Shown: one piece after another, positions 24,316-38,600 of the stretch
How the letters are laid out: each line of letters opens with the position of its first letter
How positions within the stretch are numbered: position 1 is the first letter of the stretch
Source: Stegostoma tigrinum
Lineage: Eukaryota
DNA length: 64,000 bases
Direction of reading: 5' to 3'
Assembly (NCBI RefSeq): GCF_030684315.1
Contig: NC_081387.1
Coordinates: 11,324,867 to 11,388,866, forward strand
The notes under the pieces: generated by a model
The model's database searches: none
Seen by the model: only the letters and a program-made list of their open reading frames with translations
What the model was told of the DNA's origin: nothing
Translations under genes and position numbers: made by a program

Positions 24316-25022
24316 GACATAAAACATAGAACATAGAACAATACAGCGCAGAACAGGCCCTTCGGCCCTCGATGTTGCGCCGACTCTGAAGTAATCTAAG
24401 CCCCTCCCCCTACACTTTCCCATCATTATCCATATGGCAATCCAAGGACTGTTTAAATGCCCCTAATGTGGCTGAGTTAACTACATTGGCAGGCAGAGCG
24501 TTCCACACCCTTCCCACTCTCTGATTAAAGAACCTGCATCTGACATCTGTCTTAAATCTATCACCCCTCAACTTGTAGCTATGGCCATTTGTACAAGCTG
24601 AAGCCACCATCCTCGGAAAAAGGCTCTCACTGTCCACCCTATCTAATCCTCTGGTCATCTTGTACATCTCTGTTAAATCCCCTCTTAGCCTCCTTCTCTC
24701 CAATGAGAACAGACCCAAATTCTTCAGCCTTTCTTCATAGGGCCTGTGCTCCAGACCTGGCAACATCCTGGTAAATCTCTTCTGCACCTTTTCAAATGCT
24801 TGCTCATCCTTCCTGTAATGGGGCGACCAAGAACTGCACGCAATATTCCAAATGAGGCCGCACTAGCGTTTTGTACAGTTGCAGCATGACATCACGGCTC
24901 CGGAACTCAATCCCTCTACCAATAAAATCCCACACACTGTAAGCCTTCTTAACGGCATGATCAATCTGGGTGGCAACTTTCAGGGATCTATGTATATGGA
25001 CACCAAGATCCCTCTGCACATC
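24316..25022 (-). mobile_element. CR1 LINE 3' part
   Basis: YKTLVRPHLEYCVQF, LFSLERRRLRGDL; close relative of 7843-9480. Confidence 0.93.
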
Positions 25023-25482
25023 CCCCCTCCCCGCACAAAACTGCATACTCCTATTTTCTGTGTTTCTAAATATAAAGCTGGCCTGTTGCAGAGCTTCAGA
25101 TAAACCCAATTTGAAGAAACTTATTTCCTGCCTAGGTTCATTACAGCCGCCAGGACGTAATACTGAGGTTAATAACTTCACAACAAAAGCAATTTCCTCT
25201 GTTTTGATGATCATTCCATTCTCACTTCCCCACTCAGTTTTGGTTTGCATTGTTTCACTTGGCTGAACTGAACAATTTTCCTTGACTTCTCACCTTGCAT
25301 CAACACCTATCACACATCAATATCATTCCTGCCCTATCATTAGACCTTCCTTTTGTCATTTACTCTGGAGGCTCACACCCATTTGTTCCATATACTTCTG
25401 CTCTCCCTCTGTCAACTGCACGAAAAAAAATCCAGCCCTCTTTCAGTTCCGAAGTGTCAAATTGATCTTGAAACATTCTCTC

Positions 25483-25646
25483 TGTTTCTCTCTTCGCAGA
25501 TACAGCTGACATTATGAGTTTCTCCAGAGTTTCAGATGCCCTATAGCAATAGTGAAGGCTGCAGCTCATGAGTGAATGAAGCATTTGGAACAGGTAGATT
25601 AGTTTCAGCAGCATAAAGCCAGGAGAAATGTTAAAGCATTTTCAAG
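25483..25646 (+). repeat. ~164-bp direct repeat, copy 2
   Basis: About 90% identical by eye to 22756-22919. Confidence 0.85.
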
Positions 25647-26161
25647 CACATTTTTCAACTTCAGCGGGTCACAAAGTCCTTTGAAGATAGTTTCGCATTT
25701 GTGAACTTTGGATCTCGTTGGACTGTTGTTAATTTAGGCAATTTAATGTAGCCTGGTCAATCAAAAATGGTCAGATAAAGGAGCAAACAGAATGATTGTG
25801 CGTCAGCAAATAGGCTTGGCAAGAAATTCAAAGACTGGGAAATAAAATGGACATTGAAACTGTGAATACAAAGGTCATTGAATTTTAGGAAACAGAGTGT
25901 AATGAAGAGTAGTCACTACTGGAAGTTGCAGAAAGTTAGAATGGAGTTTCCCCAGAGGTCCGTACCAGGAACATTACTTGTCTTCATCCTTACTAGTCAC
26001 CTACATTTAGAGATACAGAACATTTATTTTTTGAAATTGCAGATGCCGCAAACCTGTAAATATTGTGAACTATGAGGAGGATGACTTCAAAAGGCGAAGG
26101 GCAGACAGGTGGAATTAAAGGAATGTGTGAAATGTTACATATATGGAGGAAACGCAGCATA

Positions 26162-26322
26162 GTGGCATAGTGGCTCAGTGGTAAGCACTGCTGCCTCACA
26201 GCACCAGGGACCCAGGATTGACTCAGCTCTTGGATAATTGTCTGTGTGTGCTTTGCACAATCTCCTTGTGTCTGCGTCGGTTTCCTCCAGGTGCTCAGGA
26301 TTCCCCCCACACTCCAGCTGTC
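26162..26322 (+). mobile_element. HE1-type SINE 5' part upstream of C4
   Basis: gtggctcagtggtaagcactgctgcctcacagcaccagggaccc head. Confidence 0.8.
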
Positions 26323-26469
26323 TTGGTGACAATTTTCAAATTGTGATGACGTTGAATCTCTCCATTGTTGTCTATAGCTAAGATGCAAGGTCAAAGAATG
26401 TGAAAATGCAAGAAGAACTGAAAAATAACATGAAATAAATAGTGCTCTCTCACTGTGGCTCCATTTGAA

Positions 26470-26619
26470 AACAAGATAAATAAGTAACATTAAGTCAATA
26501 TTATTGCTGACATATATATATATAAGGTTGTGAAATATTGCACACAACACAGACAGCTTGACAGAGGAAGATCATTTACCTAGATTTCTCCAACCCGCTG
26601 AGATTGCCTGTTTACAACA
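26470..26619 (+). promoter_or_regulatory. Putative C4 proximal promoter
   Basis: (TA)n/TATAAG run at about 26512-26526, ~100 nt upstream of the ATG; C/EBP-like TTGTGAAAT just after it; AT-rich HNF1-like motifs upstream. Confidence 0.4.
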
Positions 26620-26684
26620 ATGGATCAATTGTTGTTCCTCCTGTGCTGTTCCGTGCTTATGCCTCCAACAGCCCTTTCACCATT
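26620..26684 (+). CDS. C4: C4 exon 1 (signal peptide MDQLLFLLCCSVLMPPTALSP)
   Basis: ATG, hydrophobic leader, phase-2 donor TT|gtaagt that joins in frame to exon 2 (L-YLITAP). Confidence 0.85.
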
Positions 26685-29600
26685 GTAAGTATTTTATGGA
26701 TTCTTTAGAGCTGCTTCTAAACAGCCAACATAACAAATAACAGAAATATGGTCTGTTCCCCTCTCTTGGGAGGTTATAAGAGTGCCCGTGCATTCTCCTC
26801 AATAAGACAAGTTCTAATATATGTTTGAAGACTTTGGGAAAGTCACAGCAGGAGGAGACTATTTGATCCTTTTCGCTAGTTGCAACACTCTTTAAGATCA
26901 TGGACGATCAGCTTGTGGTTGCAGGTTCACTTTCTTGCTTGGCCCCCATGCAAACTAATTACAAGAGTGTTTCAAGTGAGAGTTTACATGGTGGCGTCAT
27001 ATGCAAAGGCACTGGGACACAAATGATCTTGAGACAGCATTCAGGGAATACCCATTGAGTCCTGCAGGGTGCTCTGCCAAGCTAGCATCCTCCCTCAGTT
27101 AACAGCACTAAAATGTGTGAAACTGATTTCATTCCTGCCTGGAGAAATCTTGATCTGTGTATTTTTTTTTCCCTATCATGGGAGGTGTGGGCCACTGCCT
27201 AAGCCAGCATTTATTGTCCAATGCCAATTGCCTCAAACCCAAGTCAGAGTCAATCACATTGCTGTGGTTTTGGAGTCACAGATTGGCCAAAGCAGGGAAA
27301 GATGGCAAATTTTCTTCACTGAAGAATGTCAATGATGTCGACGTGTTTTCTTTTACAACAAACAATATGGCCACCAGCGGCTAGCTTTTAATTCTAGATT
27401 TTAATGAATTCAATTTTCAATTGGAAAGAAAAATTTTCCCAATCTTCCATGGTGGAAGTCAAAACCATTTTGTCTGGGTTCTGGATAACAGTCAGTAACT
27501 TTATCAATCTAGGCATAAGACCATAAGACCATAAGACATAGGAATGGAAGTAAGGCCATTCGGCCCATCAAGTCCACTCTGCCATTTAAATCAAGGCTGA
27601 TGGACATTTCAACTCCACTTCCCTGCACTCTCCCCGTATCCCTTGATTCCTTCTGAGATCAAGAATTTGTTGATCTCTGCCTTGAAAGCATCTAACGTAC
27701 CTGAGGACTGGAGAGAGGCAAATGTAATTCCTCTCTTCAAGAAAGGAAATAGGGAAATCCCCGGAAATTACAGACCAGTAAGTTTCACATCTGTCGTCTG
27801 CAAGGTGCTAGAAAGGATTCTGAGGGATAGGATTTATGACCATCTGGAAGAGCATGGCTTGATCAAATGTAGTCAACACGGCTTTGTGAGGGGCAGGTCG
27901 TGCCTCACAAACCTTATCGAGTTCTTTGAGGATGTGACTAGAAACGTTGATGAAGGTCGAGCTGTGGATGTGGTGTATATGGAATTCAGTAAGGTATTTG
28001 ATAAGGTTCCCCATGGTAGGCTCATTCAGAAGGTCAGGAGTAATGGGATACAGGGGAACGTAGCTGTCTGGATACAGAATTGGCTGGCCAACAGAAGACA
28101 GCGAGTGGTAGTAGAAGGAAAATATTCTGCGTGGAAGTCAGTGGTGAGTGGTGTTCCACAGGGCTCTGTCCTTGTGCCTCTACTGTTTGTAATTTTTATT
28201 AATGACTTGGATGAGGGGATTGAAGGATGGCTCAGCAAGTTTGCAGACGACACAAAGGTTGGAGGTGTCGTTGACAGTATAGAGGGCTGTTGTGGGCTGC
28301 AGCGGGACATTGACAGGATGCAGAGATGGGCTGAGAGGTGGCAGATGGAGTTCAACCTGGATAAATGCGATGTGATGCATTTTGGAAGGTCGAATTTGAA
28401 AGCTGAGTACAGGATTAAGGATAAGATTCTTGGCAGTGTGGAGGAACAGAGGGATCTTGATGTGCAGATACATAGATCCCTTAAAATAGCCACCCAAGTG
28501 GACAGGGTTGTTAAGAAAGCAGATGGTGTTTTGGCTTTTATTAGCGGGGGATTGAGTTTAAGAGTCGTGAGATCTTGTTGCAGCTTTATAAAACTTTGGT
28601 TGGACCGCACTTGGAATACTGCGTCCAGTTCTGGTCGCCCTATTATAGGAAAGATGTGGATGCTTTGGAGAGGGTTCAGAGGAGGTTTACCAGGATGCTG
28701 CCTGGACTGGAGGGCTTATCTTATTCTTATGAAGAGAGATTGACTGAGCTCGGACTTTTTTCATTGGAGAAAAGGAGGAGGAGAGGGGACCTAATTGAGG
28801 TATACAAGATAATGAGAGGCATAGATAGAGTTGATAGCCAGAGGCTATTTCCCAAGGCAGAAATGGCTAACACGAGGGGTCATAGTTTTAAGCTGGTTGG
28901 AGGAAAGTATAGAGGGGATGTCAGAGGCGGGTTCTTTACACAGAGAGTTGTGAGAGCATGGAATGCGTTGCCAGCAGCAGTTGTGGAAGCAAGGTCATTG
29001 GGGTCATTTAAGAGACTGCTGGACATGCATATGGTCACAGAAATTTGAGGGTGCATACATGAGGATCAATGGTCGGCACAACATCGTGGGCTGAAGGGCC
29101 TGTTCTGTGCTGTACTGTTCTATGTTCTATGTTCTATGTTCTATGTACCAGCCTCCACTGCACTCTGTGGCAATGAATTCCACAAGCCCACCACTCTCTG
29201 GCTGAAGAAATGCTATCTCATTTCCGTTTTAAATTTACCCCCTCTAATTTTAAGGCTGTGCCCACAGGCCCTAGTTTCCCCACCTAACGGAGACAACTTC
29301 CCAGCATCCACCCCTTCTCAGCCATACATGATCTTGTAAGTTTCTATCAGATCTCCCCTCAACCTTCTAAACTCTAATGAATACAATCCCAGGACCCTTA
29401 GCTGTTCATCATACGTTAAACCTACCATTCCAGGGATCATCCGCGTGAATCTCTGCTGGACACGCTCCAGGGCTAGCATGTCCTTCTTGAGGTATGGGGC
29501 CCAAGATTGGACACAGTATTCTAAATGGGGCCTAACTATCGCTTTATAAAGTCTCAGAAGCCTGTCGCTGCTTTCATATTCCAACCCTCTTGAGATAAAT

Positions 29601-32600
29601 GACAACATTACATTCGCTTTCTTAATCACGGACTCTACCTGCAAGTTAACATTTAGAGAATCCTGGACCAACACTCCCAGATCCCTTTGTACTTCTGCTT
29701 TACAAATGTTCTCACCATTTAGAAAATAGTCCATGCCTGTATTCCTTTTCCCAAAGTGCAACACCTCACATTTGCTCACGTTGAATTTCATCAGCCATTT
29801 CCTGGGCCACTCTCCTAAACTGTCTAAATCTTTCTGCAGCTTCCCCACCTCCTCAGTGCTAACTGCCTGTCCACCTATCTTTGTATCATCGGCAAACTTC
29901 ACCAGAATGACCCCAGTCCCTTCATCCAGATCATTGATATACAAGGTGAACAACTGCAGCCCCAACACTGAACCCTGCGGGACACCACTCATCACCGGTT
30001 GCCATTCCGAAAAAGAGCCTTTTATCCCAACTCTCTGCCTTCTGTCAGGCAGCCAATCCTCAATCCAAGCCAGTAGCTCACCTCGAACACCATGGGCCCT
30101 CACCTTGCTCAGCAGCCTCCCATGAGGCACTGTTTCAAAGGCCTTTTGGAAGTCTAGATAGATAACTTCGACTGGATCCCCTGGTCTAACATACTTGTTA
30201 CCTCTTCAAAGAATTCTAACAGGTTTGTCAGGCACGACCTCCCCTTACTAAATCCATGCTGACTTGTTCCAATCTGACCTTGCACTTGCAGGAATTTAGA
30301 AATCTCATCCTTGACAATGGATTCTAGAATTTTGCCAACTACCGAGGTTAAGCTCATCGGCCTATAATTTTCCATCTTTTGTCTTGATCCTTTCTTAAAC
30401 AAGGGGGTTACAACAGCAATTTTCCAATCATCTGGGACTTTTCCTGACTCCAGTGACTTTTGAAAGATCACGACCAAAGCCTCTGCCATTTCCTCAGCCA
30501 CTTCCCTCAGAACTCTACGATGGAGCCCACCGGGGCCAGGAGATTTATCAATTTTTAGACCTTTTAGCTTTTCTAGCACTTTCTCTTTTGTAATGCCTAC
30601 CATACTCAACCCTGCCCCCGACTCTCCCTAATTGTTGTCATACTACTCATGTCTTCCACTGTGAACACTGACGCAAAGTACTTATTAAGTTCTTCAGCTA
30701 TTTCCTTATCTCCCATCACTAGCCTTCCAGCATCAATTTGGAGCGGCCCAATATCTACTTTTGCCTCTCGTTTGTTTCTTATGTATTGAAAGAAGCTTTT
30801 ATTATCATTTCTAATATTACTCGCTAGCCTGCATTCATATTTGATCCTCTCCTTCCTTATTTCTCTCTTTGTTATCCTCTGTTTGTTTTTGTAGCCTTCC
30901 CAATCTTCTGATTTCCCAGTGCTCTTGGCCACTTTATAGGCTGTCTCTTTTTCTTTGATACATTTCCTGACTTCCTTTGTCAGCCATGGCTGTCTAATCC
31001 CACCCCGGATAATCTTTCTTTTCTTTGGGATGAACCTCTGTACTGTGTCTTCAATTACACCAGAAACTCCTGCCATTGTTGCTCTACTGTCTTGCCCGCT
31101 AGGCTCTGCTTCCAGTCGATTTTCGTCAATTCCTCTCTCATGCCCTTGTAATTACCTTTATTTAACTGTAACACCATTACATCCGATTTTGCCTTCTCTC
31201 TTTCAAACTGCAGACTGAACTCTACCATATATGATCGCTGCCTCCTAAGCGTTCCCTTACTTTAAGGTCTTTTATGAAGTATGAATTCCCTTTCTTTGTA
31301 TCCATTGGCAACATTAGTCACCCAGTCCACCTGCATGTTGAAGTCCCCCATGATCACCGTGACCTTGCCTTTCTGACATGCCCTATATATTTCCCAGTGC
31401 ATCTTGCGCCCCTGGTCCTGTTACCATTAACCCTTCACCTCCCACTAAAATGTTCTGCAATGAAGCAACATTTTTTAAAAGTTGGCTAGTTATGAATTCC
31501 AAACATTATAGTACCATCAGCTGCATACAAGTCCTTATTTTCATTTTATTTGCTGATTTTGGCAGCTCTTGACCTGCAATAGCATTCAGGAATGATATTT
31601 AGCTCAATTGCCTCCTGCTGTGCATCCAAGAAGATGACATTCTTAGTGATAACAATGTTATAAAAGTGGCCAGGTTGCAAAAGTCAGTGACCTATTTAAA
31701 CTTGCCAGTGTTCCTAAAGCACAGTGTCACGATTGCTCTATTGAATCATGCCAGTTGTAAGCTGGGATCATCACAAACCAATTTCGGTCTGAACTGTTGA
31801 AGACAAACTGTTCCCTTAAAGATACATTCAATGTAGTTAAGCTCAATGAGTCATTTATGCCAAATTGTTAAATTACAGTTGATGATGTTATTAGCAGATT
31901 TATGTGTCAATTTGTACAAGGTATCAGAAAAGCAGCTCATCCCAGTTCGGAGTTTTGCAAAGATTGAAATTAGAGTGAAAACCTTGGCAAATACATGCTT
32001 AAGTTCCCATAGTTCTCTTTTGCTGCATGTGCTATTGTAAGCTCAGGGAAACATCCATAAAGATGTGTCAAGGGGACAATGCTGAAGGAAATCCATCACC
32101 ACTGTTCTCTGTGACGTGTGTATCCTTCAGTGAAAACTTCCACGTGGCATATTGATTAAAGTATGTTTTCTCACTTGTTTTTTTCCCTAGATACTTAATC
32201 ACTGCCCCCAACATTATTCATGTTGGGGTGCCAGAGACTATTGCCATTCAATTGGATGGAATAGAAAAGTCTGTCAAAATGAAAGTTTACTTATTTGACA
32301 TTAATACATACACACGTTGTTCGGATGAAGTTGAATTTGAACTAAACGCTAAGAATGATTATTGTGACTATAAAGATATAGTGGTAAGTAACTTGATCAC
32401 AATAAACTCATGAAAATGAAACTATAACTCTATGTTCCACCTGGATTCTCTCATGTTTTCTATTTCCAAAGTACACACTGCCTTACAAAATCTGAGGCCA
32501 GCACTATGCTAACATTACCTTCTACTGAGAGAATGACTTAATTCCATAATATGAAAACAAATGAAAAAAGAAAGAAAAATACTTCCGTGGAGGATTTGAT

Positions 32601-35600
32601 GCCTTTGGTGAGCATTCCACCCACCAGGAAACACACAGGAAGGCATGCATCAAGTCACTTCTACAATTACTACATGAATAATACTTTAAAGTGACTTTTC
32701 CCATTCAGATGTGAATAATGGCATTTTTAACTACTGAAAAAACAATGCAAACAGCGTGACATTTAATGTCTCAAAATCCAGATCATTTCCTATTTTAGAA
32801 TAGATTTAATCTATTGGAAATAGATAATAGATGGGAATTTTCACTTGGCTGGTTTTCAACGGCCAGACGTGCCAACACATCGATGCTGCTTGCCGTGATA
32901 CTGGAACTTATTGCCAGTGAAAGCACCATACTGCAAATGGGTCACAGTGTGACTCGGTGAAATATTTGAATGAATTACCCAGTTTTACTGCTGTTAACTT
33001 CCATTATATGAAACCCCACAGGCTCTTCCTCGTCGCATCAAGGAGGCTAAAATTTGGTCACGTCGAACCAAGTACATTAATCTCGTTGTTCAATGTCCAG
33101 AACTGTTTACAGAAAGGAGAATGGTCCCAATCCTGCTGTCATCTAAAAAGGGTTATATATTCATTCAGACGGACAAACCAATATACACCCCCAATGAAAA
33201 TGGTGAGCACTACAACATTGTCTACATTTCAATATTTATTTTCACCTAATAATATCCAAAATAAGAGCTAAGAGCTGCTGTCAACTGAATGGATTCACAC
33301 CTAATAGATTCCGAAATAAATCTGAGCACTTCTGCACTCGTCCATTAATGACAATTGCTCTTGTTTCTGGTCCGATGGGCACTTCTGAGATACAGCTGCA
33401 GGGTGGCACGGATAGGGGGCGTGCATACATTTTGGCTAATGTGTTTGCATGTTGAATTTCACATTTCTACTTTCCCCCAGTATTCTGTTATGCCCTTACC
33501 TAAAAGGAATGCTCCTACCTTTGCCTTAACAATATTCAAATACTGCACGCTGACCACTTTCTGAGGCAGAGGGTCGCAAAGGTGCAGAATCCACTGAGAG
33601 ATGTTCAAAAAATTCTCGTGACATGTGCACTTAAATGATGATGCTATATTTTTAAATGGCATCCCCTAATTCCTGATTCACCTATAAGAGAAAATATCCC
33701 TTACAAATCAATATTGTCTTAAACTTCAATCAAGTCAGCAATTTTCCAAACTGCTGTGGAAACAAGCCAGTCAGCCCAAACTGTCCTCACATGCGACTTG
33801 CTTAATGCAAGTAGTAATCTCATGAGATAACAAGGTGTGGAGCTGGATGAACACAGTAGGCCAAGCAGCATCAGAAGAGCAGGAAAGCTGACTTTTTGGG
33901 TCTGGACCGTTCTTCAGAAATAGTGGGGGAGGGGAATGGGGTCAGAAATAAATAGGGAGAAACAGGGAGGCGGATGGAAGATGGATAAAGGAGCAGATTG
34001 GTGGAGAGGAGACAGACAGGTCAATGAGGCAGGGATGTAGCCAGTAGAGGTGAGTGTAGGTGGGGATTTGGCAGGGGATGGGTCAGTCCAGGGAGAATGG
34101 ACAGGTCAAGGGAACGGGATGAGGCTGGTAGAAAGGAGGTGGGAGTGAGGCTTGATAGAGAGGCCGAAACGATGTATAGTATTTACAATGTAGTCTCACC
34201 CATGCTCTATATAACTGGAGGATAACTTTTTTACTTTAATATTCAATCCCTCTTACAATAAAGGATGACATTCCATTAACATTTTGAATAGTTTGTTGTA
34301 CCTGTAATCTCCTGTGATCCCAGTTTTAGTACAATTAGATTCAATTTTTCAGTTTGGCTATTCCGGTGCTCAGTAGTTGAACATATTCAGAAAGATTGTC
34401 AATGCTCTTTTAACCAAAATACAAGAAACAATGATCTTAATGTAAGTAGCAGAAACAAAGAATCAATCCTTTGTCAGCAACATCCTTTGCAGATTTTCAA
34501 TGCCAGTAAAGTGTCATTCCTGTCTGAACTCATTATTTTCTTACAGAACAGAATCTTTCCTGTTTTGATGGCCTAGCAACCTCTTTCCAGTTTTGAGAAT
34601 GCAGATTTTTTTTTGTTCAGTTCTGATAGAATGTTCCTAAAGCTGGGGATTCAACCTGACGATTCGACAGACTGCTTTCTTACCTTTGAAGATCACTATA
34701 ATCTGCCCTTATAGGCAAAACTGTTCTTCTGCAAAGAGGAAACTTCTTTACTTTCTGAACTAAACCTAGCAGTGATCTCTAATCTCTTGATTATCTGTGT
34801 GAAATAACTCTCAGTATAATAAGCACTTCATGTTCAAACTGTAGAATGACAACTCTGAGCCCAAATACATTCATACATACATGCCGTTTCACATACCATT
34901 GAATAATTCAGATTTTCAAGAGGGTGTGAGGCATTCTAGAGGGCATTAGATAATTGTTTGGGTAACAATATGTGCAACGGTATGAGGAAGAAACAGAAGG
35001 TTGGCACTAGACAATGATGCTCATTTAACAAACCAGCGTAGTTCGAATGGCCGTGAAGCCTCTTTCTGAGCTATAACACATCTGTGATTCTAGATTCAAC
35101 GAAATACTGAAACTCATCCATTTTGTTTTATATAATTTAATGATCCAATCAAATGCACTTTCCTTAATATTAAAGATAAACATGTTGACTGGCCCATTTG
35201 TTCCCCTTTTAATTACAGTTCAGTTCCGGATCTTTACTCTCGATCGTTATATGCGACCAGTGGATGAGACTATAAAAATAACTACATACGTAAGTATATT
35301 TGGATACTATATGGCATCAGTCTCATGCTTCTTAAATATATTTCATGACTCCAGCAGAATAAATTAAGTAATTCATGGCAATTTTCAATTACTGATTAAT
35401 GATTTGGATTAGCTTTGCTGGATTCATTCATTTATAACCAATGATGTCCAGTATTTGCATCATGCTATTCATTTAAGCTGGTAGAGTGGTTAGCATACTA
35501 CCTCACAGCACCAGCATCCTGGGTTTGATTTCACCCTCGGGCATCTGCCTGTGTGGCTATTTGCACACTCCCCCCATGTTTATGTGGGTTTCCCTTGGGT

Positions 35601-38600
35601 AATCCGTTTACCTCCCACAGTCCAATGACGTGCATGCTAGCCATGGGAAATGCAGGGTTACAGGGATTGGGTTGGATACTCTTCAGAAGGTCTTAACGTG
35701 GGCTTGGATTAAAATTATACCTCTGAAAAATATGATTTACCAATGCATTAATGGACAGAAACAAGTGTAAATGTGACAGGTTACTTTTTACAAACATTTC
35801 TTCGTGGGATCTGGGCACCACTGGCAAGCCTAAAATTTATTGTCCACCCCGATCTCTCTTGAACTGAGTGGAGTGCCATGTCATTTCGGAGGGCAGTTAA
35901 GAGCCAGGTGCAACAGTTCCATCAGACTGTGGTCCCATTAGAGAGAGGTGGTAGATTAACCAAAAGATCATCAACTCAGACCAGGGGAAAGGTTGAGAAC
36001 AGCAAACATTTGATGTAGCCTCAGCCTGAGTGGAACTGACCATATTGTGTTAAGCATCACAAGCCAGCTATCCAGGCAACTCGCTAACATTAAACCCATT
36101 CCATCCTCTCCCTGGCACATAGTGGCCTCCAAGCTAATCGTTTTCACCAGATCTGAATGACAGCACACCTCTTTGATCTTCTCAGGAAAAGTTTGGGGTG
36201 TTTCTCCTGATTCATGCACGAGAACGTTGGTGGAAAGGGGAGCAGGGTCTCCAGTTGTGAACACTGTAGAATATCCATAGGTGAGAAAATGGAGCCTTTG
36301 AAATTACAGCAAGCTCTACCACAGAGAAGCTGGGGCTAAGGTCAAACAAGTAATATCAACATCGTAAGTCAGCTGCACAGCGTAATTAGGGTGAAACTGT
36401 TTACGCTCACAAAAGAAACAAAAACAAGAAGGCATAGTTTTAAAGTGTGCAAACACAAAAAAACACGATGATATGTGGTAGATAAAGGTTTCATGCAATG
36501 AATTATTAGGGCATGAAATAGAATGTGGAGAAATTGTGGTAGAAGAAGGTTCAATTGAAGGATTCAAGAGTGCATTGGATGCTTATCTAGATAATAATTG
36601 CATGCAAAAGTGTGGGGAAAGACAGGAGTTTAGGTAATAGAACCAGTGCAGGCAGGATGGCCCAAATGGCCTCCATCTGCACTGTAACAATTCTGTTATA
36701 GCCTACCATGTTACGTTGTCAAGTGTGAGCCGTGTTGAGAGCAGAACTATAATTAAGTCTCAAATCGATCTATCACTTTCTCCTGTTAGAACTCTAGAGA
36801 CATGCGGTTTCCCAGCTACTTATTAAACTCAAAATACGGACTGTTCCAGAAGCTAAAGATTCCGGGTATCGCAAAGTGAGTTGCAAGAATATTTCAGCAG
36901 TGTATGTATTTGTTCCACTTTTCCAATTGTTTTTCTACCAATGGACATAAACATATAAGTCAGTGGTAATGATGTGCCCGTTATGGCCTTACGGTCTATT
37001 GCTCAACTAGTCGATTCTAAAAGGTCCAGACCTGAAACATCAGCTTTCCTGCTCCTCTGATGGTGCCTGACCTGCTGCATTCATCCAACTCCACATCTTG
37101 TTATCTCAAGACCTGGACACTTTTCAGTTTTGAGGTGATAAGTGCCAAGCAACATTCATGCCATACAAGTCCCAGACAATGACCATCTCCAATAAGTGAC
37201 AATCTAATAAGTGACATTCAATGCAAAGTCCATCACCTCACCCTCCACTGTCACCATCCTAGGGATTACCATTGACTGGAAGCTCAATCCAGCTAGGCAT
37301 ATAGATATCATGGCTACAAGAACAGGTCAGAGGCTTGAAACATTGCAAAGAGTAACTCATTTCCTGACTCTCTACAGCTTATCCACCATTTGCAAGGGAC
37401 AAATCAGGAATGTGCTGGAAGATCTCTCACTTGCCTGAATGGGTGCAGCTCCATTAATGGTCAAGAAGCTCAACACCATCCAGGGCAAGCTCAATTGGTA
37501 CTACATCCACAAATGTTCACTCCCTTCACCACCGACACTCAGTAGAAGCACTGTATACTATCTACAAGATGCACTGCAGAAATTCACCAAAGCCCCTTAG
37601 ATGAGCCCTTGGTCCCTAGGAAGACAATGACTGCAGATCCACTTCTCTGCATGCTCCCCTTCAAGTCACTCCCCATCCTGATTTGAAAATATATCGTTGT
37701 ATCTTCACTGTCACTAGGTCCAAATCCTGGAACTCAACCTTTAATGGTTTTGTGAGGGCATGGACTGCAGTGGTTCAAGAAGGCAACTTGACACCACCTT
37801 CTCAAGGGACAATTAGGGAGGGGTAAGAAATGTTGGACAATTCAGCAATATATACATCTCTGTATACAGGGGCTAGAAGAGCAAGTAAGAGATGAGGAAT
37901 TCTGAAGAGCGCAACATATCTCATATCTCTCCATAACCTGTCCATCACCTGCAAGCATTAAAGAAAAGACTTTGAACTCTTCTGGCAATGAAACTAAAAC
38001 ACAAAACTCCAACCTGTTTATGGCAGGAGTAAGGTTCACTTCTAATAATTAAAACTGAAACACCCAGTGAAGCTTGCCTTGCCTTTATAATCTGTTAAAA
38101 AGAGTTGTTAAGTGGAAGAATATCCCTGATATTCACATTAGAAGTAACAAGTAACAGTTTATTTATTTAATCCTAACAGTGAACAAATTAACAGAAATAC
38201 GAACAAACCAAACTCCCAACTATTCCTTAACTGAATAAAATTTGACTGGTATGTTATTCCAATAAACAAATGTTTCACTTACACAGCCCAATTAATAAGA
38301 AATAGAAATAAAACTTAGTCTCTGAAAGTCCACGCAGAATGGGTCTTCCAGAATGGTCTGCCTTCTCCACCGTGTCTCCAATCATAAACACCTTTCTTCT
38401 GCTGTTCTCAAGTCATAAACACCTTTTTCCCACTGATCCTGCTGTCAGGGATGTTTTCTCTCTGAATTTTTTTGTGAGAACTCTTAGTTATAAGAGCTGT
38501 GGTACCTTTTATGGATAGATGGTGCTTTCTTACAGAGCTGAGTGATTTCTTGTGAGAGCCAGATGCTTATTTCTGAGATGCTGGCTCATTCCGACCCCAA

